From: Vitrella brassicaformis CCMP3155
Taxonomy: Eukaryota; Protista; Chromerida
Reading direction: 5' to 3'
Assembly: GCA_001179505.1 (NCBI GenBank)
Contig: CDMY01000562.1
Location: 248,001-312,000, forward strand
Length of the DNA: 64,000 bases
Part shown: one piece after another, positions 40,807-54,656 of the stretch
How positions within the stretch are numbered: position 1 is the first letter of the stretch
Layout of the letters: every line of letters begins with the position of its first letter
Translations under genes and position numbers: made by a program
The notes under the pieces: generated by a model
Database searches by the model: none
Seen by the model: the letters and a program-made list of their open reading frames with translations, nothing else
What the model was told of the DNA's origin: nothing

Positions 40807-41406
40807 ATGGCCAAGTGGTTGGAGGAAGGCCTGGAGGGGATGAAGGCGGCATTGGACCAGGCGCAGTGGATGGGCCGTTTGTCGTCTGACGGCCACCCGT
40901 CGCCCCTCAAGCAGGCCTACCTCAACCTGCGTGAAGAGGTGCCGTACCTCGACGTCGGGTGTGTGGTGGCCCTGCTGCTGCTGCTCTACTTGCTCTGGAG
41001 GCTCATGCTCAACGCATACAAGCAACGCCGTAAGCTGGGCGATGCGACAAAGTGGGAGATGGGGTGCGAATGTGTGTGTGGGTGTGGTGTTGTGTGGTGT
41101 GGTGTGGCATCTTCTGTCATGTAGAGCCGATGGTGATCAACATGTGCTCAGCGGAGGAGTACGAGAGGCTGGGGAGGGAGTACACCATGAGGCAGGTCGC
41201 CCAACTCATGAAGTCGAAAGGTGTGGACGTCAAGTGACCTGACCGACAAACACGCAATGAGTGTGTGTGCCATGATTGTGTCCATATGTGTGTGTGTGTG
41301 TGTGTGTGTTGCAGAGTACCAGGAGCACATGGCACGGCGCGGCACGGATCCTGCGGGCTTCAACTGGCAGAAGCGGGCTGCATCGGGCGGCGCGTATGTC
41401 GAGTGA
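40807..41406 (+). CDS. Small single-TM protein, head-to-head with PREX
   Basis: Three exons: MAKWLEEG...VGCVVALLLLLYLLWRLMLNAYKQRRK... / EPMVINMCSAEEYERLGREYTMRQVAQLMKSKG / EYQEHMARRG...GAYVE*. Confidence 0.6.
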
Positions 41407-42490
41407 ACGACACCGCTCCCCATCGCCACGGCATGCCATCCCCCGGCAAGCCACCCCACTCGCCTGCTTGAAGGGCTAAGATAGATAGAATCGATGGCTG
41501 ACTGACTGATTGATTGATTGATGTGTATAGCTAGGTAGATACTTACACACAAATGCGTGTCGATGGGTGGATGGACGGGATAGGGAGGGGGAGGGGGCAC
41601 TCGCTGCCTGTCTGCCTGCCTACCTGCCTGCCCTCCAAGCTGCCTGCACATCTGCCTGACAGCTACTCCCCTGCCTCTCTCTCTCTCTCTCTGTGTGTGT
41701 GTATTTGTTTCTTTCTCCCCCGTGCGGTGCGTTTCTCTCAATGTGTTCTGCTGCTGCTGCGAGTTGAGCTCCCCTCTTGCGCGTCAATCGCCTGTGCGGT
41801 TCGCGATGAGGTGCGTGGTAGTCATTCGCTCACTCGCTCTCTCTCTCTCTCCCTCCCTCTCTCTGTGTCATCCATCCCCCTGGATGGCCGTCTGCTTTTA
41901 TTTAAGCACTCACTAATGGATGGCATGGCTGCGATCCGATCATGTGTGTGTGTGCTGTGGATGGGCGTGTGGGTTGGCGTCTTGTGCGTGTACCATAGAG
42001 ATAAAGACAGGAGGGAGGGAGGAAGGCAACGGATGTTTTTGCCTCAGGCATGCCTGTCTGTCTGTCTGCATGGCGACAGACACGACAGGACACACCATAT
42101 GTTTCGCGAGTTGGTGAGTGAGCGAGTGGTGCATTTGGAACTGACACAAATGCATGCATGCACGGCTGGATGGATGGATGGATGGAGACATAAACATACG
42201 TACAAATGCACGGCACGGATGAAGACGCATTGATATCAATTATTGCAATGACAACGACGTTATTTAATTCATTCTCCCTCGCTCCCTCCCTCCCTCCCTC
42301 CCTCCACCATCGTATCGTCAGTCACATCTATCTGCCCACGCACCATCCCTCCCCACCGACCATCCCTCCCCACCGACCATCCCTCCCTCATCACACCCTC
42401 AAGTACGCAAGTCCTCTCTCTCTCAAACCAACCAACCAAAGCATCTCTCAAACACCACACCACACCACACCACACGACACACCGACACAC

Positions 42491-42753
42491 CTATGCCGTC
42501 TCTGTCTTATCTCTTGGTGGTGGTGACGATGGTATCTCCCCACCGCCACCGGCCGCTCTGTCCTGCCCCTCCTCACCACCCAGGGAGGCGCCCCTGTCGC
42601 CCTCTTGTGTCAAAGGTGGAGGGTTTGGGTTTTCCCTGGTCACCGCCAAGACCCTGTACCTACCGCACGCCACGTCGTGCACCAGCTGCCCACCGAACAG
42701 CTCGTTGGGCACCAACACGGGCTCAATCGTCTCTTTGGGATTCTGATGGATGG

Positions 42754-42784
<31 letters not shown>

Positions 42785-45671
42785 CGAGAGGCGGCGGATG
42801 GATGGACGGATGTGAGATGTGTGTGGGGGGTGTTGGGGGGGGGGGTGTTGCGTACGTCTCTTCCGAGGCATCCCGAGCTTGGTTTGCCCCAAGAGTAGAG
42901 CTCGCCCTCCTCTGTGACGGCCATGGCGTAGTTGATGCCCGCGTCAACCTTGAACACATGACCCTTGATCGGAGCCTGCACACACACACAACCACAACAC
43001 ACACACACACGGGGCTGTCTGTCTGTGTGCCGTCCGTCTTGTGTGTCTGTCTTCTCCTTAGTGTGTCAGTCACGTTAGCGTATTGCGGGTTGAGTGTGAT
43101 GGGTTTGGGCTCCAGCCACACCGACCTGCCCCAAAAGTATATCACGCCACTCGCTGACACGACACACATGTACAACAAACAACACAACCACACACACGAC
43201 ACAAGACACAAGACACAAGACATCACACAGAAGCCTCCCGCCGTGCAGCTGTGCCGTGAGTGTCATTGCTCGCTTCGTTCCTCCCGGGTTTGGTTTGCAA
43301 GTCCAGTACGTTACCTGAGACTGAGACACAGAAGTCATCCCCCGCCTCCACATCAGCCATCTGCATGCATCAAGGCGGGCGAGGCGACATGTTGGGGTCT
43401 GTCTGTCTGTCTGTGATGGACATGACAGACGCGATGCGTGCCTGTATGCCCTCGAGGACGAGACTCCTGAGGTGCCTCGGGTACATCTCACACGAGTATA
43501 TGTCACCAGTCTGAACGATCAATGAAATCAATGACATCAGCAGCCAGCCGTTCCGACCAGGTCAAGCCACTCACACTTTCTTGCCCTGTGTGTGCCTCTG
43601 GCTGGCTGGCTGCCTCTGTGCCCCCCCCCCCCCCCCCCCNNNNNNNNNNNNNNNNNNNNNNNNNNNNNNNNNNNNNNNNNNNNNNNNNNNNNNNNNNNNN
43701 NNNNNNNNNNNNNNNNNNNNNNNNNNNNNNNNNNNNNNNNNNNNNNNNNNNNNNNNNNNNNNNNNNNNNNNNNNNNNNNNNNNNNNNNNNNNNNNNNNNN
43801 NNNNNNNNNNNNNNNNNNNNNNNNNNNNNNNNNNNNNNNNNNNNNNNNNNNNNNNNNNNNNNNNNNNNNNNNNNNNNNNNNNNNNNNNNNNNNNNNNNNN
43901 NNNNNNNNNNNNNNNNNNNNNNNNNNNNNNNNNNNNNNNCCCCCCCCCCCCCCTCACTGACCCCGTCGCTTGTCCCGAGCTGCCCCCTGTCGTTGCGGCC
44001 CCACACATACAGCTCGCCGGTCTCTAAAGAAACAGACAAACACAACACAACACATCCAAACAAAACCTTACTGCGAATGTTGGCCACAGATCAGCCAGCT
44101 GGCCGGCCGGCCGTCCGGCTGAGAGGCTCGTCTGTCTCACTCCCTCCCTCACCCACTCACTTGTGAGTGCGATGGAGTGGTTGGTGCCGGTGGTGAGCTT
44201 CAGGATCTCGGGCCTCATGAACAGAGTGCTGAAGTACTCGACCTCCTGCGTCCGTCCATCCATCCATCCATCTGTCCATCTGTGTGTGCGTATTACGAGT
44301 GGCGTGGCACACACAGATGCGCACCTCGAACTCGAGCTGGTCCGAGTTGTGTCCTCTCCCCAGTCGGCCGAACTCGCCCTTGCCGCAGCCGTACACCGTG
44401 TTGCTCGCTGACGAACGAGCGCACCAAGGAAAGGACACCGCCCAAGGCATTCACGTGCTGATCTGATCTGATCGGTCATCGCTGACTGACTGACCCACAT
44501 GCCTACCTACCTGTGAGTGCAAGGGTCTGCTGATACCCGCAGGTCACGTACTTGACGGGGTCATCTATCTCGATGAACTGACACCACACCACACCACACC
44601 GCCCACGGCACAGCACAACACAACAGAGGCAGGTCCTTTGATTGCAATGCTCACATCAATCATATCAGCCCGCCCCGCCCCGCCCCGCCCCGCCCATCCA
44701 GGCATCCAGGCACGTGCCTACCTTGCTGACTTCTGTGGGTGTCTCCCTGGTTTTCCTGTCGCCGTGCCCCAGCCCGTTGCACCCGCTGAAGAAACTGCCA
44801 CCCCAGCCCCAAGTGAACAAACGACCGTCAGCTGATCGATCAACCAACCACGGCACGGCACGGCAACGAACGAGTCATGATCCACACACACACATATACA
44901 CATACAGCGGCTTCTTTGTTTCTGCCTGCCTGTCTGTCTGTCTGTCTGGATCTGTGACCGACCTGCCCTTCCCGCCGACCTACCTGTGAGTGCTGCGGTA
45001 TGGAAAGCCCCACACGCCAGCTGGACGATAGGCGAAGCCACTGAGATACACACATGTTGATTGCAAGAAATGAGTGAGCCATCCGTTGTCTTGTCCTTGT
45101 GTTTGTGTGTGTGTGTGTGCGTGTCTGTGTGTCTGTGTGACCGTCTAACTCGACGAGTCCCGGCTCGTTGTCCTCGTCGGCTTTGGGCCCCCTGGACGGC
45201 CTGCCCAGCTGACGATACTTGTTGGCGCCATACGTGTACAGCTTCCCGCTGTCTGCAAACAGATATAGCACAGTCACAGTCACAGCCACACACGGTCAGT
45301 CACCACTGCGATGATTCATTGATCCGCGCCATTCTCTCTGTCTGCCTGCCTGTGTGTCTGGCTGGCTGTTGGCACGTCTGTGACGTACCGACGAAGGCGG
45401 CATGTTCAGATCCCACAGCAATGACGGTAGTGTCGTTGAAGCCCTCTATCCTGGAAGGCGTCTTGGACGCCTCGGACGTGCTGTTGCCCAGAAACGACGA
45501 GTGGCCCGTGCAGCCCCACCGCCACAAGGTCGTCGCGCCCGGACCTCCTGCAGACTGAGGTGACGATGCTGCTGCTGTCGATGTCGCTGGAGATGATGAG
45601 AAGCACCTGCTCGAGGTGCGTGCGGCTGCCAGGGCAGCGCCTCTTCGTCCCACAGTTATCAGCAGTGCCAT
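42491..45671 (-). CDS. RCC1-repeat beta-propeller protein with a mitochondrial-type presequence (RCC1L-like)
   Basis: MALLITVGRRGAALAAARTSSRCFSS leader; RCC1 repeats SGKLYTYGANKYRQLG, VQLACGAFHTAALT, DGRLFTWGWG, VYGCGKGEFGRLG, TGELYVWGRNDRGQLG, EGELYSWG, VACGRYRVLAVT. Interrupted by a gap. Confidence 0.88.
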
Positions 45672-45899
45672 TTTGCTCCAGATCAGCGCGAGCTCAAAAA
45701 TTCTTCGGCGATCCCAGGGTCTGCCGACTTCTGTTGCGGTTCTTGGCCCGCTCTCCCTGACGAGGCGTTTTGGTGGACAGGTACTGTAGGGATCTGGTGC
45801 GAAATAGGAAGATCCATGTGTCAGGGGAGTTCGAGTTGATCAGTCGACAATCCCGTTTCTGATCTGAGGCCGACCAACCAGCGCTTCCTAAGCATAGCT

Positions 45900-45999
45900 A
45901 TGGAGGAGTATGTGAGGGTGCCGAGGACTTTAGAGGAGAAGCAGAAGGGCCAACGCATCGTCGTCCTGCTCGAGAAGGCGTGAGTGAGGGCAGCACACA

Positions 46000-46033
<34 letters not shown>

Positions 46034-47118
46034 GGCACGCCAAGAGAAGATTGGGTCGTTTGGTGCCGCTGGTGCTGTGCTGTGCTGTGCCGTGCTGTGC
46101 TGTGGTGTGCTGTGGTGTGGTGTGGTTTAGGTGTTTGGAGACGGTGAAGCTGAAGGAGTCGCATCAGCTGCTCAACTGTGACGACCACCAGTCGTACCTC
46201 GCCAAGAACAAACGCGACATCGCCGACATCCGACCGGACATTGTCCATCAGGTCGGCCGGTCGGGGGATGGATGGATGCATTGCCTGGTCGATGCGATGC
46301 GTGTTGGTTGGGTTGGTTCCCCGGTGCAGTGTTTGATGACATTGCTGGACAGTCCGTTGAATCGCGAGGGTATGCTGCTGATCTACGTCCACACGGCGTC
46401 CAACGTCCTCATCGAGGTTTCGCCACAGCTGAGGATCCCGCGCACCTTCAAACGATTCGCCGGACTCATGGGTACGCAACACGCACACACACACACACGC
46501 CAATCCCTGAACCTGTGTGTGTTCAGTTGAGCTGTTGATGAAGAGCAAGATCAAGGCGACGGACGGGTCGGCCACTCTGATGCGGATCATCAGCAACCCC
46601 GTCACCAAGTACCTGCCACCCGGAGGCAGCAAGGTGGGCCTCTCGGTCGACGGCAAACTCGTCAAGCTTCGCGACTGGATGCCCAAACATGTCAACAAAG
46701 TCAGACAGAGACGGAGTGTGTGCGCCATACACCCTTGCACCCATGTGTGTGTGTGTGTGTGTGTGTGCAGGAAATCCCCACGACGTTTGTCATCGGGGCG
46801 GTCGCTCGGGGCGATCCAGGTGGGTCGGCTGACGTGTGTGCAACACTTGGGAGTAGACACAGGGGATGAATGCTGCTGCTTGTCTGTCTGTCTGCCCGTT
46901 TTGATCTGTCAGCGAAGGAGTTGGATTACGTCGAGGACAAGATTTCCATCTCCAACTACGGCCTCAGCGCATCGGTCAGCCCGGCGGGCGCATTCGCATA
47001 CACGGCACAGACATAGTGACACACTTAGATGCAGTGCAGTCCACCGTGTCTGTTCGCCGTGCAGGTGTGCTGCAGCAAGGTGTGCAACGAGGTCGAGAAC
47101 CTGTGGAACATATTCTGA
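45900..47118 (+). CDS. EMG1: EMG1/NEP1 18S rRNA pseudouridine N1-methyltransferase
   Basis: [84 protein letters not shown]; 7 exons. Confidence 0.95.
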
Positions 47119-47205
47119 CCGGTCGATGGATGGATGGAATGGATCTGATCCGCTCTTCCACCCAGGCTCGTGTGTGTCGAGAGACTTAAGGTGGCGTGTG
47201 CAGAC

Positions 47206-47305
47206 AGACGTGTGTCTTGAGTTGGCTTCTCCCTTCACCGCTCCATTCCTGCGGCGACTGGTCGACGCATCCAGGATTCACTCAAGTTGCGACCACAACC
47301 ACAAA
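47206..47305 (+). repeat. ~100-bp dispersed element, copy 1 (inverted copy at 60101-60201)
   Basis: agacgtgtgtcttgagttggctt...ctccattcctgcggcgactggtcgacgcatccaggattcac...gaccacaaccacaaa aligns with the reverse complement of 60101-60201 at roughly 85-90% by eye. Confidence 0.85.
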
Positions 47306-48596
47306 TCATTGATATCATAAGGTCCCTATCGTTCTTCCCTGTGAGTCCTCCCTCCCTTCGCCCCGCCCTGCCCTGCCTGCAGTCCCGTCCGTCCCAACCA
47401 ACACACACAAACGCGCCCTCACACACAGCACAACACATGGCAAAAAGGGCACCAACAGCGACCACCGCATTGCATTCACCGACCGACGTGGTAACAAAAG
47501 ACCAGCACGGGCAGGCGAAACACGCACATCACACACAGACACCCACAACACCATAACACCATACAGAAGGAGTCTCAGACAGGCAGGCAGGCAGAGAAAC
47601 GCACATAGACCCTGGCCACCCCCACAGACAGCACACATGACAGGTAGGGGCCAAAAACAAAACAATCCCGGCCCGGCCCGGCAACAGAAACCGCATCGGA
47701 TAAAAATTCATGCAGTGGCGAGTGAGTGGAAGGTAACAAACAAGACAGCCAAACCAAAACAAGATAAACAGAACGAGCCCCCTCTTCCCGGCCCAACTGG
47801 TGATCAAAATCGTCACCACCCCATCGTGTGAATCCACCCCCTCCACCCTGGGAGCCGAGCCTCCCACGGATGACGGATTCGTATCAAACTCATGCAGACA
47901 GACAGACACAGCCATCACACACGCACATACACACACACACCTCACTGATGTCACCTCACCGGCCGACCCAGCGCTAAAGCGCAAGGAAGGAAAAGGAAAG
48001 CCCCCACACCCGCCCGCCCGGCCGCACGCAAGCCAGACGGGCAGGTATGTCAGAATCATTTGTACAGGATCATGTCTGACTCACTCACTGAGGGCGGCTT
48101 GGCTTCTCGTCAGTCATGTCGGCCGTATCAATCAATAAAGCGTATCAATCAATTGGGAAGGAAGGAACCAGCGCCGCCCTCGCACGTAGACAGGTATGTA
48201 TGTATGTAAGCACACCATTCACCACAGCACAGCATAGCACAGCACACCACGCCACGCCACCACAGGCATCACGCACACGCAGTCACGCACACACAGGAAC
48301 GCAAAACAGGTGAATGCACGGGAAAAACTCGCCTGTTTGTTTCGTTCATTCTTCTAGACATCGATCCACCTCCCTGTCTGTCTGTCTGTCTGTCTCTATG
48401 CACATGCGCTCATCCATCGGTGGGTGGATGGATGGATGGATGGATGGAGAGCGGCGTCTTCTCCGCATCGAATCGACGCAGACAGACAAAACACCTCCCC
48501 GACAGTCAGGCAATGAGCTACAGGCAATGGGCTACAGTCTACCTGAGCTTCCCCCCCATGGACAGCCCTATCACACTCATGGACGCACGCAATATA

Positions 48597-51500
48597 TCAC
48601 ACAGCCGTGCCAGCCTTCTTGTCCTCGAGCGCAGCCACGTCACGCGCCTGCACACACCACACACACACACACACACACATACGTCCGTCCACCCATCTGC
48701 CCCATGGGTCGGATCCCTTCCATCCGCAGTACAGAACGTACCTTCTTCCGTCGCTGCAGCCATCGGTAGAGGGGCTTGGGTCCCAGCTCGGCCCCCGCCA
48801 CGGTGAGGACGGCCCAGCCGAGCGCGTAGAAGTACATCCACCAGGAGAGCGTCACTGTCGAGAAGACGTAGTTGACGCCGGGGATGAGGGTGATGAGGAT
48901 GGCGAGGGCCGCCGAGGTGCCGCATGCGATGTGCAGCCACTTGTTGCGGTTGAAGACGGCGAAGATGGGCAACCACGACCGGACCGTGTAGCCACGCGGA
49001 ATCTCGCAGAACACCGCCGTGAGGAACGAGATCGTCCGGGCGCGCTGCGTGCCGCGCACCACACACGTGTACACGGCGTCCTGCACACACAGAGACCGAT
49101 GATGCGTGTGAGGGAGGCAGGATGGCATGAGTGTGTCTGTGTGGGTGGGTGAGTGTGTGTATGCGTGTGCGTGTATGGTCGTACGTCGTAGAATTCCTTG
49201 GTCGCGAGGTTCTGAGGCTTGGCCCACTGGCCGGGCTGGCGGGGCTTGTCGTCGTCGTTGTAGAGAGGCTCGCTGTTTGAGTTTTCATACTAACACATCG
49301 CATGCACCAGACAGACAGACAGACAGACGCACAATAAGCATGTGTAGTTTCGGCGTGCGTGTGTCTTGCGTCAGTACCTTTGTGTATGCCTCTGCGACTT
49401 GGGGCACATCCTCGGGCCGGAGGGTGCCGGGCTCGAGGGTGCCAATGTAGGCGCGGTCCAGGTGCTTGAGGGTCGAGTCGTTGGGGTCATAGTAGTCGAT
49501 GTCAATCTGATCCACACAAACCAACCACACACCGAACGAACCAAACCACATCACATCCGTCCATGCGCTCGCCGCCCCGTGTCTGTCACACACCTGCCAT
49601 CCCTTGTCCCAGGTGAACTCCCGGCACTCGCAGAAGTACGGCCAGGCGAAGTCATCGCCATCGACCTTATAGGTGCGGCACGGCTCCGTCTGCACACTGT
49701 CGGATGTGACATAGCCGGTGTTGAGGTACATGGCGAAGGCCAGCGACAGCAGCACTGCGCACGTCTGGATGACGGCATGCGGCAGGATGGCGAAGAAGGC
49801 GAAGGGGCGGGTGATGATGGACGCCGTCTTCTTGCGGGGCGGCTGCTTCATGATGTCCTCGTCGGCAGGCTCCACGGCCAGCGCCACTGCGGGCGGCCCG
49901 TTGCTGATGACATTGATGAACAAAATCTGACGGAAGGAAAGACACGGACAGTGGGTGAGGGTGAGTCGAGGGAAATCGCATCGCATTGTTGGTTTGTCTG
50001 ACTTGACTCACCTGGAGGGCCTCGAGTGGCAGCGGCAGCCTGATGAGGATTGAGATGGTGAGGTATACGATCTGGCCGATGCAGCAGCCCAGCAGGAAGG
50101 TGACGAACTTCTGGATGTTGGCGTAGATCTTCCGGCCCTCCTCGCACGCAGCCACGATCGTCACGAAATTGTCGTCCAGCAACACCATGTCGGACGCGCC
50201 CTTGGCCACGTCTGTGCCTGCGATGCCCATCGCCGTACCGATGTCGGCAGCCTACATCACATTTCACACACAAGATCGATGGATGGATGGATGGATGGAT
50301 GTGCTGTGGGTGTGCTGTGGGTGTGGTCCGTACCTTGAGTGCAGGTGCGTCGTTGACACCGTCGCCGGTCATGGCGACCACGCCGCCCTGCCGCTGCAGT
50401 GACCGCACGATGGCCATCTTGTCCTCGGGCTGGGCGCGGGAGAACACATTCACCCTACATAACACAGACACAACAGACAGACAGACGGATGACCATACAC
50501 ACCTCTCTCTCAGTCGTCAGCTGGCTGGCTGCACATGCTGACCTGGAGGTGATCTCGTCCAGTGCGCCTTCCTCGACGTGCTCGCCGGTCTCCTTGTCCC
50601 TCAGCTCCTCGCACATGATGGCCCCCTCGGTGCCCTGCTCGTGCTTCAAGATGCCGATCTCGCGGGCAATGGCCGAGGCCGTGATCTTCTGGTCTCCAGT
50701 GATCATGATGACCCGCACACCGGCACCGTTGCACTCTTCGATGGCGTCACGGACGCCTGTGCGTGGGGGGTCGACGGACCCGAAGAGGCCCATGAGGGCG
50801 AGGGGCTGGCTGGGGTGGGGGGACTGCTTGGACGAAGGGAGGGGCGTGCCGCGGCCCAGGATGGCGTCCAGTCGGACGTCGGCCGTGTCGAGGGTGGAGA
50901 GAAGCGAGACGTCCTCGGTGCTCAGAGGGCGGACGGCCAAAGCCAGCACACGAAGGGCGTTCTGTTGGTGGCACACAGTCAGAGCAGCCATATGAATGAG
51001 GCGCGCTGATGGACCTCTCTCTCTCTCTCTGTGCAGAGAGGTCAGACCTTGGCCATGTCGTTGTTGACGCGCTCGATGTCGGTGCGCTGCTGGTCTTTGA
51101 GAGTATGCTGAGAGGCGAGGCGGTAGGTGGGGTTGCCCTCCTTGTCGGTGCCGTCCTGCGGGCAGCTGCCCACGTGGGGCATCACCCTGTCAGGCCCACC
51201 CTTGATGATGGCCACGTGCGTCATCGAGCTGTCCGGCAGAGACATGCCCTCAAACACACCTGATCGACCGACCACGGCACACAGAACAAGAGGACAAAGA
51301 CGACAGTGCACGCAGCAGAGGGCGCAGGGCAGTGGTTTGCTCCTGGTTGGTTTGTGTACCGGGTGTGTGCAGCTGGTGGATGGTGACCATCATCTTGCGT
51401 GAGCTGTTGAAGGGCACCTCGAGGGCGTTGATGCGGAGGTACTTGGCCTGGTGGTGAGTCACGCTCGCGAACTGACCGTCCTCCTCGCCGATGCCGATGC

Positions 51501-54163
51501 GCGCCTTGGCCGCAGCAACCACCAGAGCACCTGACATCACAGAGACCGAGACGTGATCACCACACCACCGTGCCACCCCGTCTGTGTCTTCTCATGTGTC
51601 GCACCTTCGCTCATGTTTCCTTCGGTGACCCATCTGCCGTCCTCGACCATCTTGAGCTGGGTGCCGTAGCAGTTGAGGCTGGCGGCCATCATGATGGTGC
51701 GCACCTTGCCCTTGCCGTTCACGGGGTTGCCGTGGTCACGCACCAGCCCGCCGTTTTCGAAGTCGTACCACTTGCCCGCATCCCACTTGGCCATGATGGC
51801 CTCCTTGGCGCCGTCCTTGCGCAGCTCGGAGGCCGCGAAGATGCCGCCGTTGGGGTGGAACCCCTTGGTGGGGAAGAAGGAGAACTCCTCGGTGGGCGGG
51901 GCGTCTGGTGTGGCCGGGTCTTCGGACTCGCTGACGGCGTGCAGGGTGACGGCCGTCATCTTGCCCTCGGTCAGGGTGCCGGTCTTGTCACTGCACACGA
52001 CGGTGCAAGAGCCCAGCGTCTCGACTGCAGGCAGCTTGCGCACCTGGTGGCAATACATTCACACAACACACGAGACACACAGGGATGAGATCAGAGGGGT
52101 CGTGTGGCTGGCTAGGTTGACCACCCGCTGCAGTGCACTGCAGCGTAGCGTACCTGTGCCTGTCGCTTGACCATGGCGCCGCAGCCGAGTGAGAGGCAGA
52201 TGGTGACGACCATGGGGAGGCCCTCTGGGATGGCCGAGACGGCGAAGCCGACGGCAACCATGAGAATCGAGAAGAACCGGCCGTCCTCGGGGTGCGATGG
52301 GTCACGGTACCCTGTCGTGATGGCCACCACGATGATCAGCGCTGCACACACACACCACACACAGACAGAGAGGGACACGTGAGACAAATGTGTCGTGTGG
52401 GCTTGTGTGTGTGGTGTGAGGGCGTACCAAGGAAGGCGATGGCGATGGCGCCCTGGATGAGGCCGAACTTGTTGAGGGACTTCTGCAGGGGCGTCAGCTG
52501 CTCGCTCTGGCTCGCCTGCACACTCACAGCACATCACAACCAACCAACAGAATGAATGGCCACGTTCATGTGGGTGTGCTGGTGGGTGGTTCGTTGGCTG
52601 GGTGTGGGGTGTATGGTATGGCGCTGGTAGTACCTACCGCCTTGAGGTGCTGGGCGATGATGCCGACTTGGGTGTGCATACCGGTGGCCACCTGCGCAGC
52701 GCACAGACGAGACGAACAGACAGGCAGACACATGTGTCGATGGTGGGGGTGTGGTGTGGTGTGAGGTGTGTGTGTCCACCGTACCACGAGGCCTCTGCCG
52801 GATCCGTTGGTGACGGATGTGGAGGCGAAGCACATGTTCTTGGCAAAGGCCTCCTTGGCCTCCTCACCGTTCACCTTGACCTGCTTCCGGATGTCCTCAC
52901 CTGCACACACAGCAGTCATATGGATGGATGGATGGATGGATTTGTGGCTCTGTCCGTGTGCGTGTGAGAGAGAGAGTGGGAGGGGGCGTTTACTTTCGCC
53001 AGTGAGCAGGGCCTCGTTGGAGAGGAGCTCGTTGACGTCGATGAGACGGATGTCGGCAGGCACACGGTCGCCGATGGACAGCAACACCAGGTCACCGGGG
53101 ACCAACTCAGTCGCCTCAATCAGCTCCTCAGCACCATTGCGGATCACCTGGTGCGTCAGACATGGCCCACACACAACCACATACAGGCGTCTCGTCTCAT
53201 GTGCTGTGCTGTGGGTGTGGTGAGAATCTTTCTCTGTCTGTCTCTGCTGACCCACCTTGCATTTGGGTGCGGCCATGCTGGCCAGTTTGGCGAGTGCGTC
53301 GCTGGCGGATTTCTCCATGTAGGTGGCCAGTGATGCGTTCCAGAGGGTGATGACGAGCACCGCCACGCCCACGACGACCTTGCCGATGCTCAGGGAGACG
53401 ATGGCCGCCACAACCAGCAAAATCATCACCGGCGACTTGTACTGCATCAGGAACAACCACCTGTCACACATCACACATGTTTCAGAGAGGGAGACAGAGG
53501 GAGACACTCAGTCGACCATCCCATCCGCACACAACACATGCCCCCCGGCCGACTGACTGACCAGGCGGAGACGGTGCCCTCCTTCTCGAGAGCGTTGTCG
53601 CCCCACTCGTGTCTCGCCTCGATGACCCGCTCGGAGGTGAGTCCCTTGATGCAGCTGCTCTTGAGGTCCTTGGCGAGCTGCTCGGACGAGGCGCTGGCCC
53701 ACTTGTTTGCGCCCTGGAAGTGCTCATACTCGTCGTGGGCCTCCTCCACCACGTGCTTGAATTCCTCCTGGTTCTTGGAGCGGGCCGCCTGGATGCGGTC
53801 CTCCAGAGGCGGCTCGTACAGGTGACCCACCGCCTCGTCCGTGTAGGACGTCGCACGACCGAAGAACTGCTCCAACCTGCATCGAATCGACAGGGACAAG
53901 ACATAACACAACAGCACACAGTCTCTCACACCCGCAGAGAGAGGATGCACACGCGCACCCCTCACAGATCTCTCTCTGTCTGGTTCCGCCTGCCCTTCTG
54001 GATGCATGTCGTGTGTGTGTGCGTGAGGTCTCGCTGACTGACAGACTGACCGTTCGCCCATGTGCGGGTGACTCGTCCCGGGGCCGTGTCCGCGGTGGAC
54101 ATTGAGCAGGTTGGGTGAGCGATGCGAGTGATGGGGGGACCGGGACTTGAGCTTTTCACTCAT
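48597..54163 (-). CDS. ATP4: ATP4/ENA-type Na+-exporting P-type ATPase
   Basis: [87 protein letters not shown], and a Cys-containing luminal loop (PCRTY...YFCEC). Last exon [16 protein letters not shown]. Confidence 0.9.
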
Positions 54164-54656
54164 AGTGCTGGATGGCTCAATCAGTCAGCCAAACAAACTC
54201 TTCTTGTATTCCAATCGACACGAGAGAAGCAGACAAAATCAGCTGGAGGGCAGCAGGAGCGAGATCTCTCACACCCAAGCTCAGAGAGGCTGGGAGATGG
54301 AGGAGAGAGACTCACAGACAGAGGCACCAGGTGCGGTGGCGTGAAGCGGAGTGTTCGCCTGGCACTCTAGGCTGGGAGGATGCAAAACCGGTGGGACAGC
54401 CAGTAAGCTCGCAGAAACGGTTTCGCGCAGGTTTACTGCATCTCATTGGTCAAGATCTTTGGTCGACCAGTGTAGGTAAGATTTTGCGTCAGATCTTTGA
54501 CCTCTCTGCTTTCCTGCTCTCATTGACTTTGTGTCTGATTGATTGCCGCCCTCTCGTCTCTCTGAGTAGTCAGTGCATATCTCCCATCCTTCCCGCCTCC
54601 CTTCCTTCCCGCCTCACCAAGACAGCCACAGCAGCCCTTCTCGTCCTCCTTCAGTC

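Noticed and set aside
28361-43952. Poly-C tracts flanking three gaps as G-quadruplex or regulatory elements
   Set aside because: The true length and content are hidden by Ns and are likely sequencing dropout at homopolymers; nothing further can be supported.
47529-48500. Short ORFs between EMG1 and the ATP4 3' end
   Set aside because: Low-complexity microsatellite translations with no coherent exon chain; probably UTR or intergenic sequence.
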